This document shows positions 50,894-61,459 of a stretch of 64,000 nucleotides of DNA, in pieces (position 1 is the stretch's first letter; each line of letters opens with the position of its first letter). The notes beneath the pieces are model-generated. The model did no database searches. It saw nothing but the letters and a program-made list of their open reading frames with translations, and had not been told where the DNA came from. Source of the DNA: an uncultured Gemmatimonadaceae bacterium (lineage in GTDB: Bacteria > Gemmatimonadota > Gemmatimonadetes > Gemmatimonadales > Gemmatimonadaceae); NCBI GenBank assembly GCA_963716745.1, contig OY970320.1:1856001-1920000 (forward strand), in the 5' to 3' direction. A program made the position numbers and the translations under genes.

Positions 50894-52323
50894 GCAATGC
50901 GTCGGCGCTGACGCTCGAGCGGATCGCGAAGCGATTCGGCGAGGTGCAGGCGCTCGACGACGCGTCGCTCGCGGTGCGGCCCGGATCGCTCCATGCGTTG
51001 CTCGGCGAGAATGGCGCGGGCAAGACCACTCTGATGCGGATCGCGTTCGGCCTGATCCGGCCCGACGCCGGCAGCATCGCCGTGGATGGTCGCGCCCTCG
51101 TTCCGCGTTCCCCTCTCGATTCGATCGCGCGCGGCATCGGCATGGTGCACCAACATTTCACGATCGTACCCGCGATGACCGTGGCGGAGAACGTCGCGCT
51201 CGGCGGCAGCGGCCGATATCGCCGTGCCAATGCCGCAGCGACCGTCCGCCGGATCGGCGAGGAGACCGGGCTCGTTCTCGACCCCGACGCGATGGCGCGC
51301 GATCTGCCCGTTGGCGCACAGCAGCGGCTCGAGATCGTGAAGGCACTGGCGCGCGGCGCGCGCTTGCTCGTGCTCGATGAGCCGACGGCGGTCCTCGCGC
51401 CGGTGGAAGCGGCGGAGTTGCTGCGTGTGCTGCGCAAGTTCACAGCCGGTGGAGGCTCGGTGGTGCTCATCACGCACAAGCTGCGCGAGGCGCTCGAGGC
51501 AGCCGACGCGATCACGGTGCTGCGAAGGGGCCACAGCGTATGGACCGGCCGGCCCGCCGAGACCGACGAACGCGCTCTCGCGCGACTCACCGTCGGCGAG
51601 CTCGTGGATGCCGGCGCCCGCGCTCGAGCGACACCCGGTGCGATCGTACTCGCCGCACGCGATGTGCGAGCGCGCGATGCGCGAGGCGCCGTCAGTCTGC
51701 GCGGTGTTTCGCTCGAGGTGCGGGGCGGCGAGGTGCTTGGACTCGCCGGCGTGGAGGGTGCGGGGCAGCACGAGCTGCTCCGCATACTCGCGGGGAGACG
51801 TGTGGCCGATGCCGGCCAGGTGGAGCGCCCCGGTGCTGTCGGCTTCATTCCGGAGGACCGGCAGCGTGACGCGCTCGTCATGGATTTCTCATTGATGGAG
51901 AATGTCGCGCTGCGCGGAGCCGGCGTGGCGCGGGGCGTCATGCCGTGGCGCGCCATCCGGGACCGCACCACGCAGCTTTGCGAGCGCTTCAATGTGCGAC
52001 CCGCGCGCGCCGCGGCGATCGCGCGCGAACTTTCGGGCGGGAATCAGCAGCGGTTGGTACTCGCGCGCGAACTCGCGGACGAGCCAGCCGCCATCGTGGC
52101 GGAGAATCCAACGCGCGGGCTGGATGTCGCCGCCACGGCCGCAATGCATCGGCACCTGCTCGACCGGCGCGATGCCGGCGCGGCGGTGGTGATGTATTCG
52201 AGCGATCTGGATGAAGTACTCGAACTCGCGGACCGCGTGATCGTGCTCCACGCCGGGACCGCGCGAGAAGTCCCGCTGGACCGGGCGGCGATCGCGCTCA
52301 GCATGCTCGGAGGCACCGCGTGA
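50890..52323 (+). CDS. Double-domain sugar/nucleoside ABC ATPase
   Basis: GENGAGKTT, MVHQHF, LDEPTAVL, IPEDR, LSGGNQQR, NPTRGLD. Confidence 0.93.
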   Translation: MSNASALTLERIAKRFGEVQALDDASLAVRPGSLHALLGENGAGKTTLMRIAFGLIRPDAGSIAVDGRALVPRSPLDSIARGIGMVHQHFTIVPAMTVAENVALGGSGRYRRANAAATVRRIGEETGLVLDPDAMARDLPVGAQQRLEIVKALARGARLLVLDEPTAVLAPVEAAELLRVLRKFTAGGGSVVLITHKLREALEAADAITVLRRGHSVWTGRPAETDERALARLTVGELVDAGARARATPGAIVLAARDVRARDARGAVSLRGVSLEVRGGEVLGLAGVEGAGQHELLRILAGRRVADAGQVERPGAVGFIPEDRQRDALVMDFSLMENVALRGAGVARGVMPWRAIRDRTTQLCERFNVRPARAAAIARELSGGNQQRLVLARELADEPAAIVAENPTRGLDVAATAAMHRHLLDRRDAGAAVVMYSSDLDEVLELADRVIVLHAGTAREVPLDRAAIALSMLGGTA

Positions 52324-53534
52324 CCGCGCGCCCACCGCTCGCTGCCCGGCAACTCGCAGTGACATCCGCCGCCGTCGTACTCGGACTCGCGCCGTGGTTC
52401 AGCACGACCGCAGTCGCGCCGGCAATGGTCGCGGAGTGGGGACTGTCCGGCGCCACAACGGCATGGCTCACAATGGCGGTCCAGCTTGGGTTCGTCGCCG
52501 GGACGCTCTTGAGTGCCGCCGCGATGTTGAGCGACCGCTGGAGTGCGCGGCGTCTCGCCGCATGGAGCTCGGCGCTGGCCGCGGCGAGCACAGGGGCGAT
52601 CGCGTGCTGCGTGCATTCGTCTGGCGCGGCCATCGTCTGGCGCGTGATCACCGGCATCGCGCTCGCGGGCGTCTACCCGCCAGCGATGAAGATCGTGGCG
52701 GGATGGTGGCGCGAAGGGCGGGGACTCGCTGTCGGCGTGCTCGTCGGCGCGCTCTCGATCGGGTCGGCGACTCCGCATCTGCTGCGCGTCCTGGTTCCGC
52801 AGGACGAATGGCGCACGGTGTTGTTCGCCGCCGCTGCGTCGGCACTCGTCGCCGCAGTGGTGTTCGCTTTGGCAGTGCGGTCCGGACCGTATGAGGCCCC
52901 ATCGTCGCCGCTCGATCGGGCCGCCTTCGCGCGCATCGTCCGGGACCGCGGCGTGATACTCTCGACGGCCGGTTATCTCGGGCACATGTGGGAGCTCTAT
53001 GCGATGTGGAGCTGGATCGCAGCGTTCTGGGCCGCGATCGCGATCGCGCGCGGTTTCTCGCCCGCGCTCCCCGCCCTCATCGCGTTCGCTACGCTCGCCG
53101 CCGGCGCGGCAGGATGCGTCGCAGGCGGATGGGTCGCGGACCGGAGTGGGCGCACGGCGCTCACGATCGGCGCGATGGCGATTAGCGGGATCTGCGCGCT
53201 CGTCATCGGACCGTCCGCGGGTGCGCCGTTCAGCGTGCTCCTCGTGATCACGCTCGTATGGGGCGCGAGCGTGATCGCCGATTCCGCGCAATTCTCCACG
53301 TGCATCACGGAACTGGTGCCACCTGAGTACACGGGCACGGCACTCACGCTCCAGACGTCGCTCGGTTTCTTGCTCACGATCATGAGCATCCGGCTGGTGC
53401 CGCTCTGGGTCGCGCAGTGGGGATGGACGTACGCGTTCATGCCGCTTGCGATCGGACCCGCGCTCGGTTGTGTCGCGATGTGGCGGCTTCGCGGACTTCC
53501 CGAAGCGCAGCGACTCGCTTCGGGACGGCGATGA
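52320..53534 (+). CDS. MFS transporter
   Basis: About 12 hydrophobic segments, GVYPPAMK, HMWELYAMW, ADRSGR, ADSAQFS. Confidence 0.88.
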   Translation: MTARPPLAARQLAVTSAAVVLGLAPWFSTTAVAPAMVAEWGLSGATTAWLTMAVQLGFVAGTLLSAAAMLSDRWSARRLAAWSSALAAASTGAIACCVHSSGAAIVWRVITGIALAGVYPPAMKIVAGWWREGRGLAVGVLVGALSIGSATPHLLRVLVPQDEWRTVLFAAAASALVAAVVFALAVRSGPYEAPSSPLDRAAFARIVRDRGVILSTAGYLGHMWELYAMWSWIAAFWAAIAIARGFSPALPALIAFATLAAGAAGCVAGGWVADRSGRTALTIGAMAISGICALVIGPSAGAPFSVLLVITLVWGASVIADSAQFSTCITELVPPEYTGTALTLQTSLGFLLTIMSIRLVPLWVAQWGWTYAFMPLAIGPALGCVAMWRLRGLPEAQRLASGRR

Positions 53535-54628
53535 GCGGCGGCGCGCTGCGAACGATCGCGCAGCGAGCGATAGCTGTTGCTCTGTCCGCGGCGTTGGCGG
53601 TGGTCGTCACCGCGATCGTCCTCGCGCTCGTGGTGGCAGCCGGTGGACATGCCGTCGCGCCGGCACTCGCCGCGCTCTGGACGGGATCTTTCGGCAGCGC
53701 CTATGCGCTCACATCGGCGACGCTAGTCCGCGCCACGCCGCTCTTGCTCGCCGGACTGGGCGTGACGCTTGCGTTCCGGGCCGGCGTCTGGAACATCGGC
53801 GCCGAAGGGCAACTGCTCGTCGGTGCGACGGCGGCGGCGATCGTCGCGCTCCAGGGAACGCACGTCTTGGGTGTTGCGGCGTTGCCCGTCGCCCTTCTTG
53901 CCGGCGCCGCGGCCGGTGCGCTGTGGGCAGGCGCCGCCGCGTTCTTGCGCCAACGGTACGGCGTGCTCGAGGTCATCAGCACCATCATGCTGAATTTCAT
54001 CGCGATCTACCTCGTCGGATATCTCGTGCGCGGACCGTTGCAGGAGCCGACAGGCATCTATCCGCAATCGGCGAATATCGATGCGATCGCGCGGATCCCG
54101 CGACTCGTCGCTGGATCGCGACTGCATTGGGGCCTCGCCATCGCGTTGCTGGCCGCGCCGGCGCTCTGGTGGGCGCTCGATCGATCGGCCGCCGGTTTCC
54201 GTGTACGCGCGGTCGGTCAGAATCCCGACGCCGCCGCGAGCGCGGGCGGCATCGATGTCGCGAACACACGGGCACGCGCATTCCTCGCGAGCGGAGCGCT
54301 CGCCGGTCTCGCCGGCGCGGTAGAACTCACGGGGGTCACGTTCGCGCTGTACGAGAATCTCTCGCCAGGCTATGGATTCACCGCCATCGCCGTCGCGCTT
54401 CTCGCACGATTGAATCCGATCGCCGTCGTGTTCACGGCCGTGCTCTTCGGCGCGCTCGAGTCGGGCGCGCTCGCCATGCAACGCGAGGCCGGGATCCCGG
54501 CGGTGACCGTCTCGATCGTGGAGGGCGCGTTGATCCTTCTCGCGCTGGCCGGTTCCTCCGGCCGATTCGGCTCACCGGCCGCGTTCTTCGCGCGTCGCCC
54601 GCGGGCCGACGTCACCTCATCGGCATGA
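53531..54628 (+). CDS. Nucleoside-type ABC permease 1
   Basis: ATPLLLAGLG, WNIGAEGQ, EVISTIMLNFI, GFTAIAVALL. Confidence 0.9.
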   Translation: MSGGALRTIAQRAIAVALSAALAVVVTAIVLALVVAAGGHAVAPALAALWTGSFGSAYALTSATLVRATPLLLAGLGVTLAFRAGVWNIGAEGQLLVGATAAAIVALQGTHVLGVAALPVALLAGAAAGALWAGAAAFLRQRYGVLEVISTIMLNFIAIYLVGYLVRGPLQEPTGIYPQSANIDAIARIPRLVAGSRLHWGLAIALLAAPALWWALDRSAAGFRVRAVGQNPDAAASAGGIDVANTRARAFLASGALAGLAGAVELTGVTFALYENLSPGYGFTAIAVALLARLNPIAVVFTAVLFGALESGALAMQREAGIPAVTVSIVEGALILLALAGSSGRFGSPAAFFARRPRADVTSSA

Positions 54629-55542
54629 TGGCCATGCTCGCCGCCTTCCTCCAAGCATTCCTTCCGGCGACGATCCGCATGGCCACGCCACTCGCGCTCG
54701 CGGCGGTAGGCGAGTGCGTGGTCGAGCGCAGCGGTCTCATCAACATCGGTCTCGAGGGCGTGATCCTGGGCGGCGCATTCGGCGCGCTCGTCGGCGCGAC
54801 CGCCGGCGGCGTGACCACCGGATTCGTCGCGGGTAGCGCGAGCGGCGCGTGCATCGCGCTCATCTTCGGCATCTTCGCCATCGAACTCCGTTGCGATCAG
54901 ATCATTACCGGCACTGCGGTGAACCTTCTCGCGCTCGGGCTCACCGGCGCGCTGTACCGTGATCTATACGGCACGTCGGGCGCCGCGCTCTCGATCCCGA
55001 CGAGCTCCGCGCTCGCCGTTCCGCTGCTGTCGCGCATTCCGCTTGTCGGTCCGGCGCTCTTCGACCAGCCCTGGATCACCTACGCGCTCTATGCGCTCGT
55101 ACCCGCGGTCACGTGGTGGATGTTCCGCACGCATCACGGATTGGCGCTCCGCGCCGTAGGCGAGCGCCCGGCAAGCGCCGTCGTCGCGGGCATCTCTCAA
55201 CGAAAGGTGAAGTGGCAGGCGCTCATGTTCGGCGGCGTCCTCGGCGGGGCGAGCGGCGCCACGCTGGTGCTGGCGCAGGCCGGCACCTTCGCGGAGGGAA
55301 TGTCGGCAGGGCGCGGTTTCATCGCCATCGCGATCGTCGTGCTCGGGCGATGGCATCCTGCGGGCGTCGCGATCGCGTCGATCTTCTTCGGCGCGGCGAG
55401 TGCGCTGCAGTTCGCGTTGCAGGCAATGGGCCTGGCGCTCCCGTATCAGCTCTTTCTCGCGCTCCCATATCTGGTGACGCTCATCGCGCTGGCCGGCATG
55501 GGCGGCCGTCTCGCGGCACCGCAGGCGCTCGGTGAGCGCTGA
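54625..55542 (+). CDS. Nucleoside-type ABC permease 2
   Basis: ERSGLINIGLEG, DQIITG, RAVGE.P, GRGFIAIA, ALPYLVT. Confidence 0.9.
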   Translation: MMAMLAAFLQAFLPATIRMATPLALAAVGECVVERSGLINIGLEGVILGGAFGALVGATAGGVTTGFVAGSASGACIALIFGIFAIELRCDQIITGTAVNLLALGLTGALYRDLYGTSGAALSIPTSSALAVPLLSRIPLVGPALFDQPWITYALYALVPAVTWWMFRTHHGLALRAVGERPASAVVAGISQRKVKWQALMFGGVLGGASGATLVLAQAGTFAEGMSAGRGFIAIAIVVLGRWHPAGVAIASIFFGAASALQFALQAMGLALPYQLFLALPYLVTLIALAGMGGRLAAPQALGER

Positions 55543-55546
55543 CCTT

Positions 55547-55819
55547 TCAGCTCGGCGGAAGGAACGCGCCGACCAGATCCCAGTGCCATGCGTCGCGCCG
55601 CTCGCCTGTGCGCGGGTCGCGAAGTGGTTTGTACTGAAGTCGCTCGACCGGCAGTCCCACCGAGCGGCCGTAAGCGATCAATCGTTCGCGATCGGTCGAG
55701 ACGAGATGGGCCATCGCGTGTTCGCGATACACATGGCGATGCAACCAGAGTCCGCCTTCCATCGCGAAGATCATCCCATTGCGCCGCCGGTCGAACTCAC
55801 GGTAGGGCCGGTCGCTCAA
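55547..55819 (-). CDS. DUF4031-like small protein
   Basis: MAHLVS...L..Y...VGL......HWDL pattern; TTGA overlap region downstream of the pilin. Confidence 0.6.
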   Translation of the reverse strand: MSDRPYREFDRRRNGMIFAMEGGLWLHRHVYREHAMAHLVSTDRERLIAYGRSVGLPVERLQYKPLRDPRTGERRDAWHWDLVGAFLPPS

Positions 55820-55832
55820 AGCGAGCGTTGAA

Positions 55833-56219
55833 TCAGCCGCAGGCGATCTGTCCCTCGACCGTCGCGGGTGCGACCGGAGCCGCCGTGCCGAAGAAGACGG
55901 CGCAAGTGATCGCGCCCGCCGCTGGGCTGGAGGCGACCGCCGACCATCCGCCGGCAGTCGCTTCGGGGATCGCGATCGAAATGCCAGGCGAAGAGAGATA
56001 GTTCAGGCTCGGCACGCTCGTCGTGTACGCCGAGTTCGAGTAGTAGAACCCTTCCTCCGCTGATGCGAGGTTCCGCAAGTCGGAGATCATGGACGCATCG
56101 ATCGCTTTCCCTTTCGTGTTCGAAAATTTCGGGATCGCGATCGCCACCAGAACGCCCAGGACGACGACCACTACCATCAATTCCACGAGAGTGAAGCCGA
56201 TCCGGGGGGAGCGATTCAT
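55833..56219 (-). CDS. Type IV pilin (major-pilin-like)
   Basis: RIG/FTLVELMVVVVVLGVLVAIAIP; SDLRNL; two C-terminal Cys. Confidence 0.9.
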   Translation of the reverse strand: MNRSPRIGFTLVELMVVVVVLGVLVAIAIPKFSNTKGKAIDASMISDLRNLASAEEGFYYSNSAYTTSVPSLNYLSSPGISIAIPEATAGGWSAVASSPAAGAITCAVFFGTAAPVAPATVEGQIACG

Positions 56220-56411
56220 TGGTGGTTACTTTTGGTCTGGGTTCACTGCTACTGTGCATAAGTGCAATAGCGAGTCCCCACCAAAAAGAACAGCCAATGT
56301 ATTGTGGTATAAGGAATTACGGACTTTATGGGCGGTCGCTCGGTAATTCTGACCGCTTGAAATGCCACAGTCGCCGCAGAGTGCAATCCGCTGGCGAGGC
56401 CGTCCAGGCTG

Positions 56412-56795
56412 CTACTGGCAGCCGATGATGGATTTCGCCGTGGCTGGCGGAAGGATCGCTGCACTGCCGTAGTACACCGCGCAAACAGTCGTGTCATTCA
56501 CGTAATTTGCCTTCGCCGACCACCCGGTGCTGTCGGCCTCCACGAACGTGATCGAGACGGCGGCGGTGGGCACGAACTTCAACGCAGTGATGTCGTTCGT
56601 ATAGAAATCGGAGGCTCCGAAGTACGACTCCTCGGTCACGGCGAGATTATGCAGGTCCGAGACCATGGTCGCTACATAGAAGCGGTGCTTATACATATGA
56701 ATGCGCGGCACGGCGAGCGCGGTCAGGATGCCCACGATCACGAGCACGGTGAAGAGCTCGAACAGGGAGAATCCGGGCCGAGCGCGAAGTGGCAT
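56412..56795 (-). CDS. Type IV pilin paralogue
   Basis: RPG/FSLFELFTVLVIVGIL.ALAVP; SDLHNL; two C-terminal Cys. Confidence 0.88.
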   Translation of the reverse strand: MPLRARPGFSLFELFTVLVIVGILTALAVPRIHMYKHRFYVATMVSDLHNLAVTEESYFGASDFYTNDITALKFVPTAAVSITFVEADSTGWSAKANYVNDTTVCAVYYGSAAILPPATAKSIIGCQ

Positions 56796-56954
56796 CGAAT
56801 GGCGAGAATTAGAGATGGTCAGGCGGACAATTCCGACTGACCCATGGTAAAGATGCTAACGCCGCAGAGTGATGAGAAGCAACATCCAGGCCGTTCCACC
56901 GTGGCCAAGCCGAACGAAGACTGAAGCGTTGCTCGATGGCGATGTTCGCGCACC

Positions 56955-59786
56955 TCAGCTCTTCGCGTCCATCCAGTTGACGCCTTCGCCCAGGTCCACC
57001 ACCAATGGGACCGACAGCGCCGCCGCGTTCTCCATCTCGTGTTTCACGAGCGATCCGGCCGCTGCCAATTCTTCAGGCGGTGCCTCCAACACCAACTCGT
57101 CGTGCACTTGGAGCAGGAGTCGCGCGCGCAGTTTCTCTTCGCGCAACCGCCGGTGCACGCGGATCATCGCGATCTTGATCAGGTCCGCCGCCGATCCCTG
57201 GATCACGGAATTCGCCGCCGTGCGTTCGCCGAATGCGCGCGTGTTGAAGTTGGAATCCTTCAATTCCGGGATGTAGCGGCGGCGTCCGAACAGCGTTTCG
57301 ACGTACCCTTTGTCGCGCGCCGATTCGACGATCGCCGTCAGGAACGCGCGGACGCCAGAGAATCGCGTGAAATACTCATCGATGAACCGCTTCGCCTCGG
57401 CGTGCTCCACTTTGAGCTGGCGCGACAGTGCGTGGGCTCCCTGCCCATAGATGGTCGCGAAGTTGATGGTCTTCGCGCGGGCTCGCATCTCGGAGGTCAC
57501 ATCGGCGAGCGGCACCGCGAAGATCAGCGCGGCGGTCTGCCGGTGGATGTCGCCGCCGGCGAGGAACGCCTGCACGAACGCTTCGTCGCGGGAGATATGG
57601 GCCAGCAGTCGCAATTCGATCTGCGAATAGTCCGCCGCGATGAATCGCCACCCCTCTTCCGGCACGAAGCCGCGGCGGATATCGCGGCCGAGCTCTCGCG
57701 AATCGGAATGTTCTGGAGATTGGGATCCGTGGATGACAGGCGGCCGGTGCTCGCGACGGTCTGATTGAAGTTCGTGTGCAGCCGGCCCGTTTCCGGATTC
57801 ACCAACGCGGGCAGCGAATCGAGGTATGTGCTCTCGAGCTTCGCGAGCTCACGATACTCCATGAGCAACTGCGGGAACGCGTGGCCCTGATCGGCCAATT
57901 CCTGCAGTACGGACGCGTCGGTCGACGGGCCGGTGGGCGTCTTCTTGAGAATGGGGAGCTGGAGCGTTTCGAACAGCACGGTCCGCAGCTGCGCGTTCGA
58001 GTTGATGTTGAACTCGCTGCCCGCGGCCGCGTAGATCTGCTGCTCGACCTTCTGCCGGTCTGCCTGGAATCGCTCCTTGAGTTTCGCGAACCAGGCGCGA
58101 TCGATGCGGATCCCGGTCCACTCCATGTCGGCCAGCACGTCGATCAAGCGGGACCTCGATCTCGCGCAGCAGTTTCCCGACGCCCAGCGACTCGACGAGC
58201 GGCTCGAATTTCTGACGGAGCTGGAGCGTGACGTCGGCATCCTCGCCGGAGTATTCCCGCGCGGCCTCGATCGGCACCAGATCGAAGGTGATCGCGTCCC
58301 GCCCCTTGCCGGTGAGTTCCTGGTACGACGTGGTGCGCCGCTCGAGGAATTCGAGTGCGAGCATGTCGAGCCCGTGCGAGCGACGGCCGGGATCGAGCAC
58401 GTAACTCGCGAGCATCGTATCGAAGTCGAGGCCGCGCAGCGGCACCCCCGCGCGCCGCAGAACGAGCAGATCGTATTTCCCGTTCTGCGCCGTTTTCCGG
58501 ACGGCGGGATCCTCGAGCAGTTCACGCAGCGGGGCGAGCGCTGGTGAGGCGAGCGGCGGCAGGTTCGCCTTATCGATGGCCGGCGCCGTCTCCACCGGCA
58601 TGAGCTCCCCCTGGGCCGCGATGGTGCGAGTGCGGTGACCGAACGGGAAGTAGTACGCCTCTCCCGGAGCGACGGCCATCGAGATGCCGATGAGCGATGA
58701 GCGCATCGGGTCGACATCGATCGGGCTATCGGCTGCGACGATGGTCTCGGTGTCGATCGAGATGAACGGCGCAGCACGTGCGCGTGCGACCACTTCGCGA
58801 ACGGCGGCCGGCGAATCGACGGTCTTGAATGTCGACACCTTCGCCGCCGGCTCCGGGAGCGCTTCCTCCTTCGCGGCCTGCCCTTTCGCCGCATGCTCCT
58901 TCGCGAGCGAATGGAATTCGAGCTCGACGAACATCGCGCGCAGCCGTTCATGATCGGCATCCCGCGCCTTGAACTTGTCGAGCGTGAGCGACACCGGCAC
59001 GTCGCGCCGGATGGTCACGAGTTCCTTCGAGAGCCGCGCCTCGGCTTCGCGCGCGAGCAATGCTTCGCGCGGCCGCTTGTTGGTGATGCTCGCGGCGTTC
59101 GCGAGGATCTCGTCGAGGCCGCCGTACTTCGTGATCAGTTCCACCGCGGTCTTCTCGCCGATCCCCTTCACGCCCGGCACGTTGTCCGACGTGTCGCCCA
59201 CCAGCGCGAGATAATCGATGACGCGCTCGGGCGGCACGCCGAGGCGTTCGCTCGCGTTCTCCATGCCGACCCAATGCTCGTCCACCGCCGCGGGTCCGCC
59301 GCGTCCGGGGTTCAGCAGCCAGACATCGGGCGCGACGAGCTGCTGGAAATCCTTGTCGCCCGAGACGATCACCGAGTTGAGCGACGACGCCTGGGCGAGC
59401 GATGCGAGCGTGCCGATCACGTCGTCGGCCTCGTAGCCCTCGACCGTCACGACCTGGATATTGAACGCATCGAGCAGCGCGACGATCCGCTTGAGGCTGG
59501 TATCGAAATCCGCTTGCAGCTCATCGGTCAGTTTCTCGCGCGTGGCCTTGTACGCTGGGTACCGCTCGTGACGGAACGAGAGGCCGGCGTCGTGCACCCA
59601 CGCGATGTATTCCGGCCGGTGCGTCGTTTGGAGCCGGCGAAGGAAATTGACGATCCCCCAGCTCGCGGAGGTGTTCTCGCCGCGGCTCGTCTTGAGCGGC
59701 CGGGCGATGAGCGCGAAGAACGCGCGATAGATCAGCGCGTACCCGTCGATGAGGAAGAGCCGGGGCGAGGAAGGTAGCTGCATCAC
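56955..59786 (-). CDS. polA: DNA polymerase I; apparent indels ~58150 and ~57697
   Basis: LIDGYALIYRAFFA, EADDVIGT, GDTSDNVPG, IDTET, TGRLSSTDPNLQNIP, ADYSQIELR, AKTINF, LQVHDEL. Confidence 0.96.
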
Positions 59787-59899
59787 AGAGGCTCAGCGTC
59801 GAGATGGGCCGCGATTCGATGCCCGGGGAACGGAAACGCGCTCCCACAAGATAATGGGAGCGCGCCCAGGACCGCTCACTGCCGGTGCTGCGCGGACGA

Positions 59900-61345
59900 T
59901 CAGTGCACCATCTCCTGTCCCGCCACCTGCTCGAACTCGGCTTCACTGCGCTGCGTGAGCCGCCACCGGCCGTATCCCGTCTGATCGACGAACTCGAGTC
60001 GAATGCCGTGGCGCGAATATGCCCAATACTGGCTCCGCCCAGTCGGCGTCAGCCCCTTTCCGTTCGAACCCATCACCTGATCCGGTTCGCCGAGCGTGAT
60101 ATAGACCTTGCCGCGGTCCGTGAGCCAGCCGGGCTCGCCGGGCTCCTTGAACTGGCGATTCGCGGATTGAATGCGATCGAAATAATCGAGCAGCGCCTCA
60201 TTGTCCGCGGTGGCCGGATTCGGGTCCGTCTCCTTCCAGAAGGCGTACCATGCCGCACCGCGCTGTGCCGGCGGCGTCGCGCGGAGCGTCTGCAGCCGTT
60301 CCGGGGTCGCGAAGTAGCGGAGGTAGCTGAGCAGTTCGTCGAAGCTTACGATGCCGATGCCGTCGCCGACCGTGATGAAAAGCGGCGAGCGCAGCGTGTC
60401 GCGCGCACCGACCACCATGGCCACTAGCGTACGCCGGCCGAGTCCGAGGCGAGGCATCGGCAGGTCGAACTCCGCGGCGGCTACCGGCTGGTGACGCGTG
60501 AGCGTGACCGTATCCGTGAGCAGCACGCTGTGGTCCTGGTTCTCGACACTAATCGCCAGACGCGAGCCCGGGGCGAGATCATACGCTTCGAGGTAGATGG
60601 GGGCAACCGAATCGCGCCCAAAAACGAGCGTCGAACGCGGGTTGGCGATCACATCCGGGAGCGTATCGCGCCGTGCGCGCGCGGTCGCGCTGAACACCGT
60701 GGTGGGCGACGAGAGTGCGCCTGCCCCGAGCGTGGGCACGCTGATGCTCGCCTGCACGGCCGAGGCGTTGTTAGTGGCGCGGTCCGTGATCGTGAGCGCG
60801 AGCTGATACGCGCCCGGAGGGATCACGATGTAGCGCTGGAACACGATCGTTTCGTCACCCCGCATCGTCTCTTTGAACGTCTGCACGGCGATCGTCTGCT
60901 GGTCCTCCGTGTGCGACACGACGTGCGTGCTGTCGCGCACCACGATCCCGACGCTGAATGCCGCATGATCGCCCTTGGTCCCTTCCGCCGTGAACATGAG
61001 GGACCGATTCGCCATGGAGACCGCGACGAGCGCGAGCGTGCTGTCGGCGGTGGCACCTGCGAAATAGTGCACCGAGCCCACGAAGGGGATCGGCTGCGCT
61101 TGCACCAGCATCCCGGCGGTGCGGTAGGGGCCGAAGCCATCGCCGGTGACGGGTGCGCCGGGCGGCGTCGCCTTCGCCGCCGGCGCGCTCGCCGGCGCAC
61201 TCGTGGGCGTGCCGGGCGCAGGGGCCGGCGCCGCGGGTTCGGAGAATGGCGGCGCGCCCGCGCATGCCGCGGCGAGTGCGATCGCGACCGCGCATGGAAA
61301 GAGCATGCTGAGCGTCTGTCGCGAGATGACCGACCGTTTCGCCAT
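59900..61345 (-). CDS. GWxTD-domain lipoprotein
   Basis: FWKETDPNP.T..NE...YFDRI..AN..F....GWLTDRGKVYITLGEPD; AAAC lipobox; start uncertain. Confidence 0.85.
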   Translation of the reverse strand: MAKRSVISRQTLSMLFPCAVAIALAAACAGAPPFSEPAAPAPAPGTPTSAPASAPAAKATPPGAPVTGDGFGPYRTAGMLVQAQPIPFVGSVHYFAGATADSTLALVAVSMANRSLMFTAEGTKGDHAAFSVGIVVRDSTHVVSHTEDQQTIAVQTFKETMRGDETIVFQRYIVIPPGAYQLALTITDRATNNASAVQASISVPTLGAGALSSPTTVFSATARARRDTLPDVIANPRSTLVFGRDSVAPIYLEAYDLAPGSRLAISVENQDHSVLLTDTVTLTRHQPVAAAEFDLPMPRLGLGRRTLVAMVVGARDTLRSPLFITVGDGIGIVSFDELLSYLRYFATPERLQTLRATPPAQRGAAWYAFWKETDPNPATADNEALLDYFDRIQSANRQFKEPGEPGWLTDRGKVYITLGEPDQVMGSNGKGLTPTGRSQYWAYSRHGIRLEFVDQTGYGRWRLTQRSEAEFEQVAGQEMVH

Positions 61346-61459
61346 GGTTCTATTCGCTCCCGAGAACATGATGATCCACTGCTCGAGACTCTACCCGTTC
61401 CGCGCGCGAAGGTTGCACTGCGCTTGCTCCGCCCCGCCGTGACCACTAACTTCGCCCGT

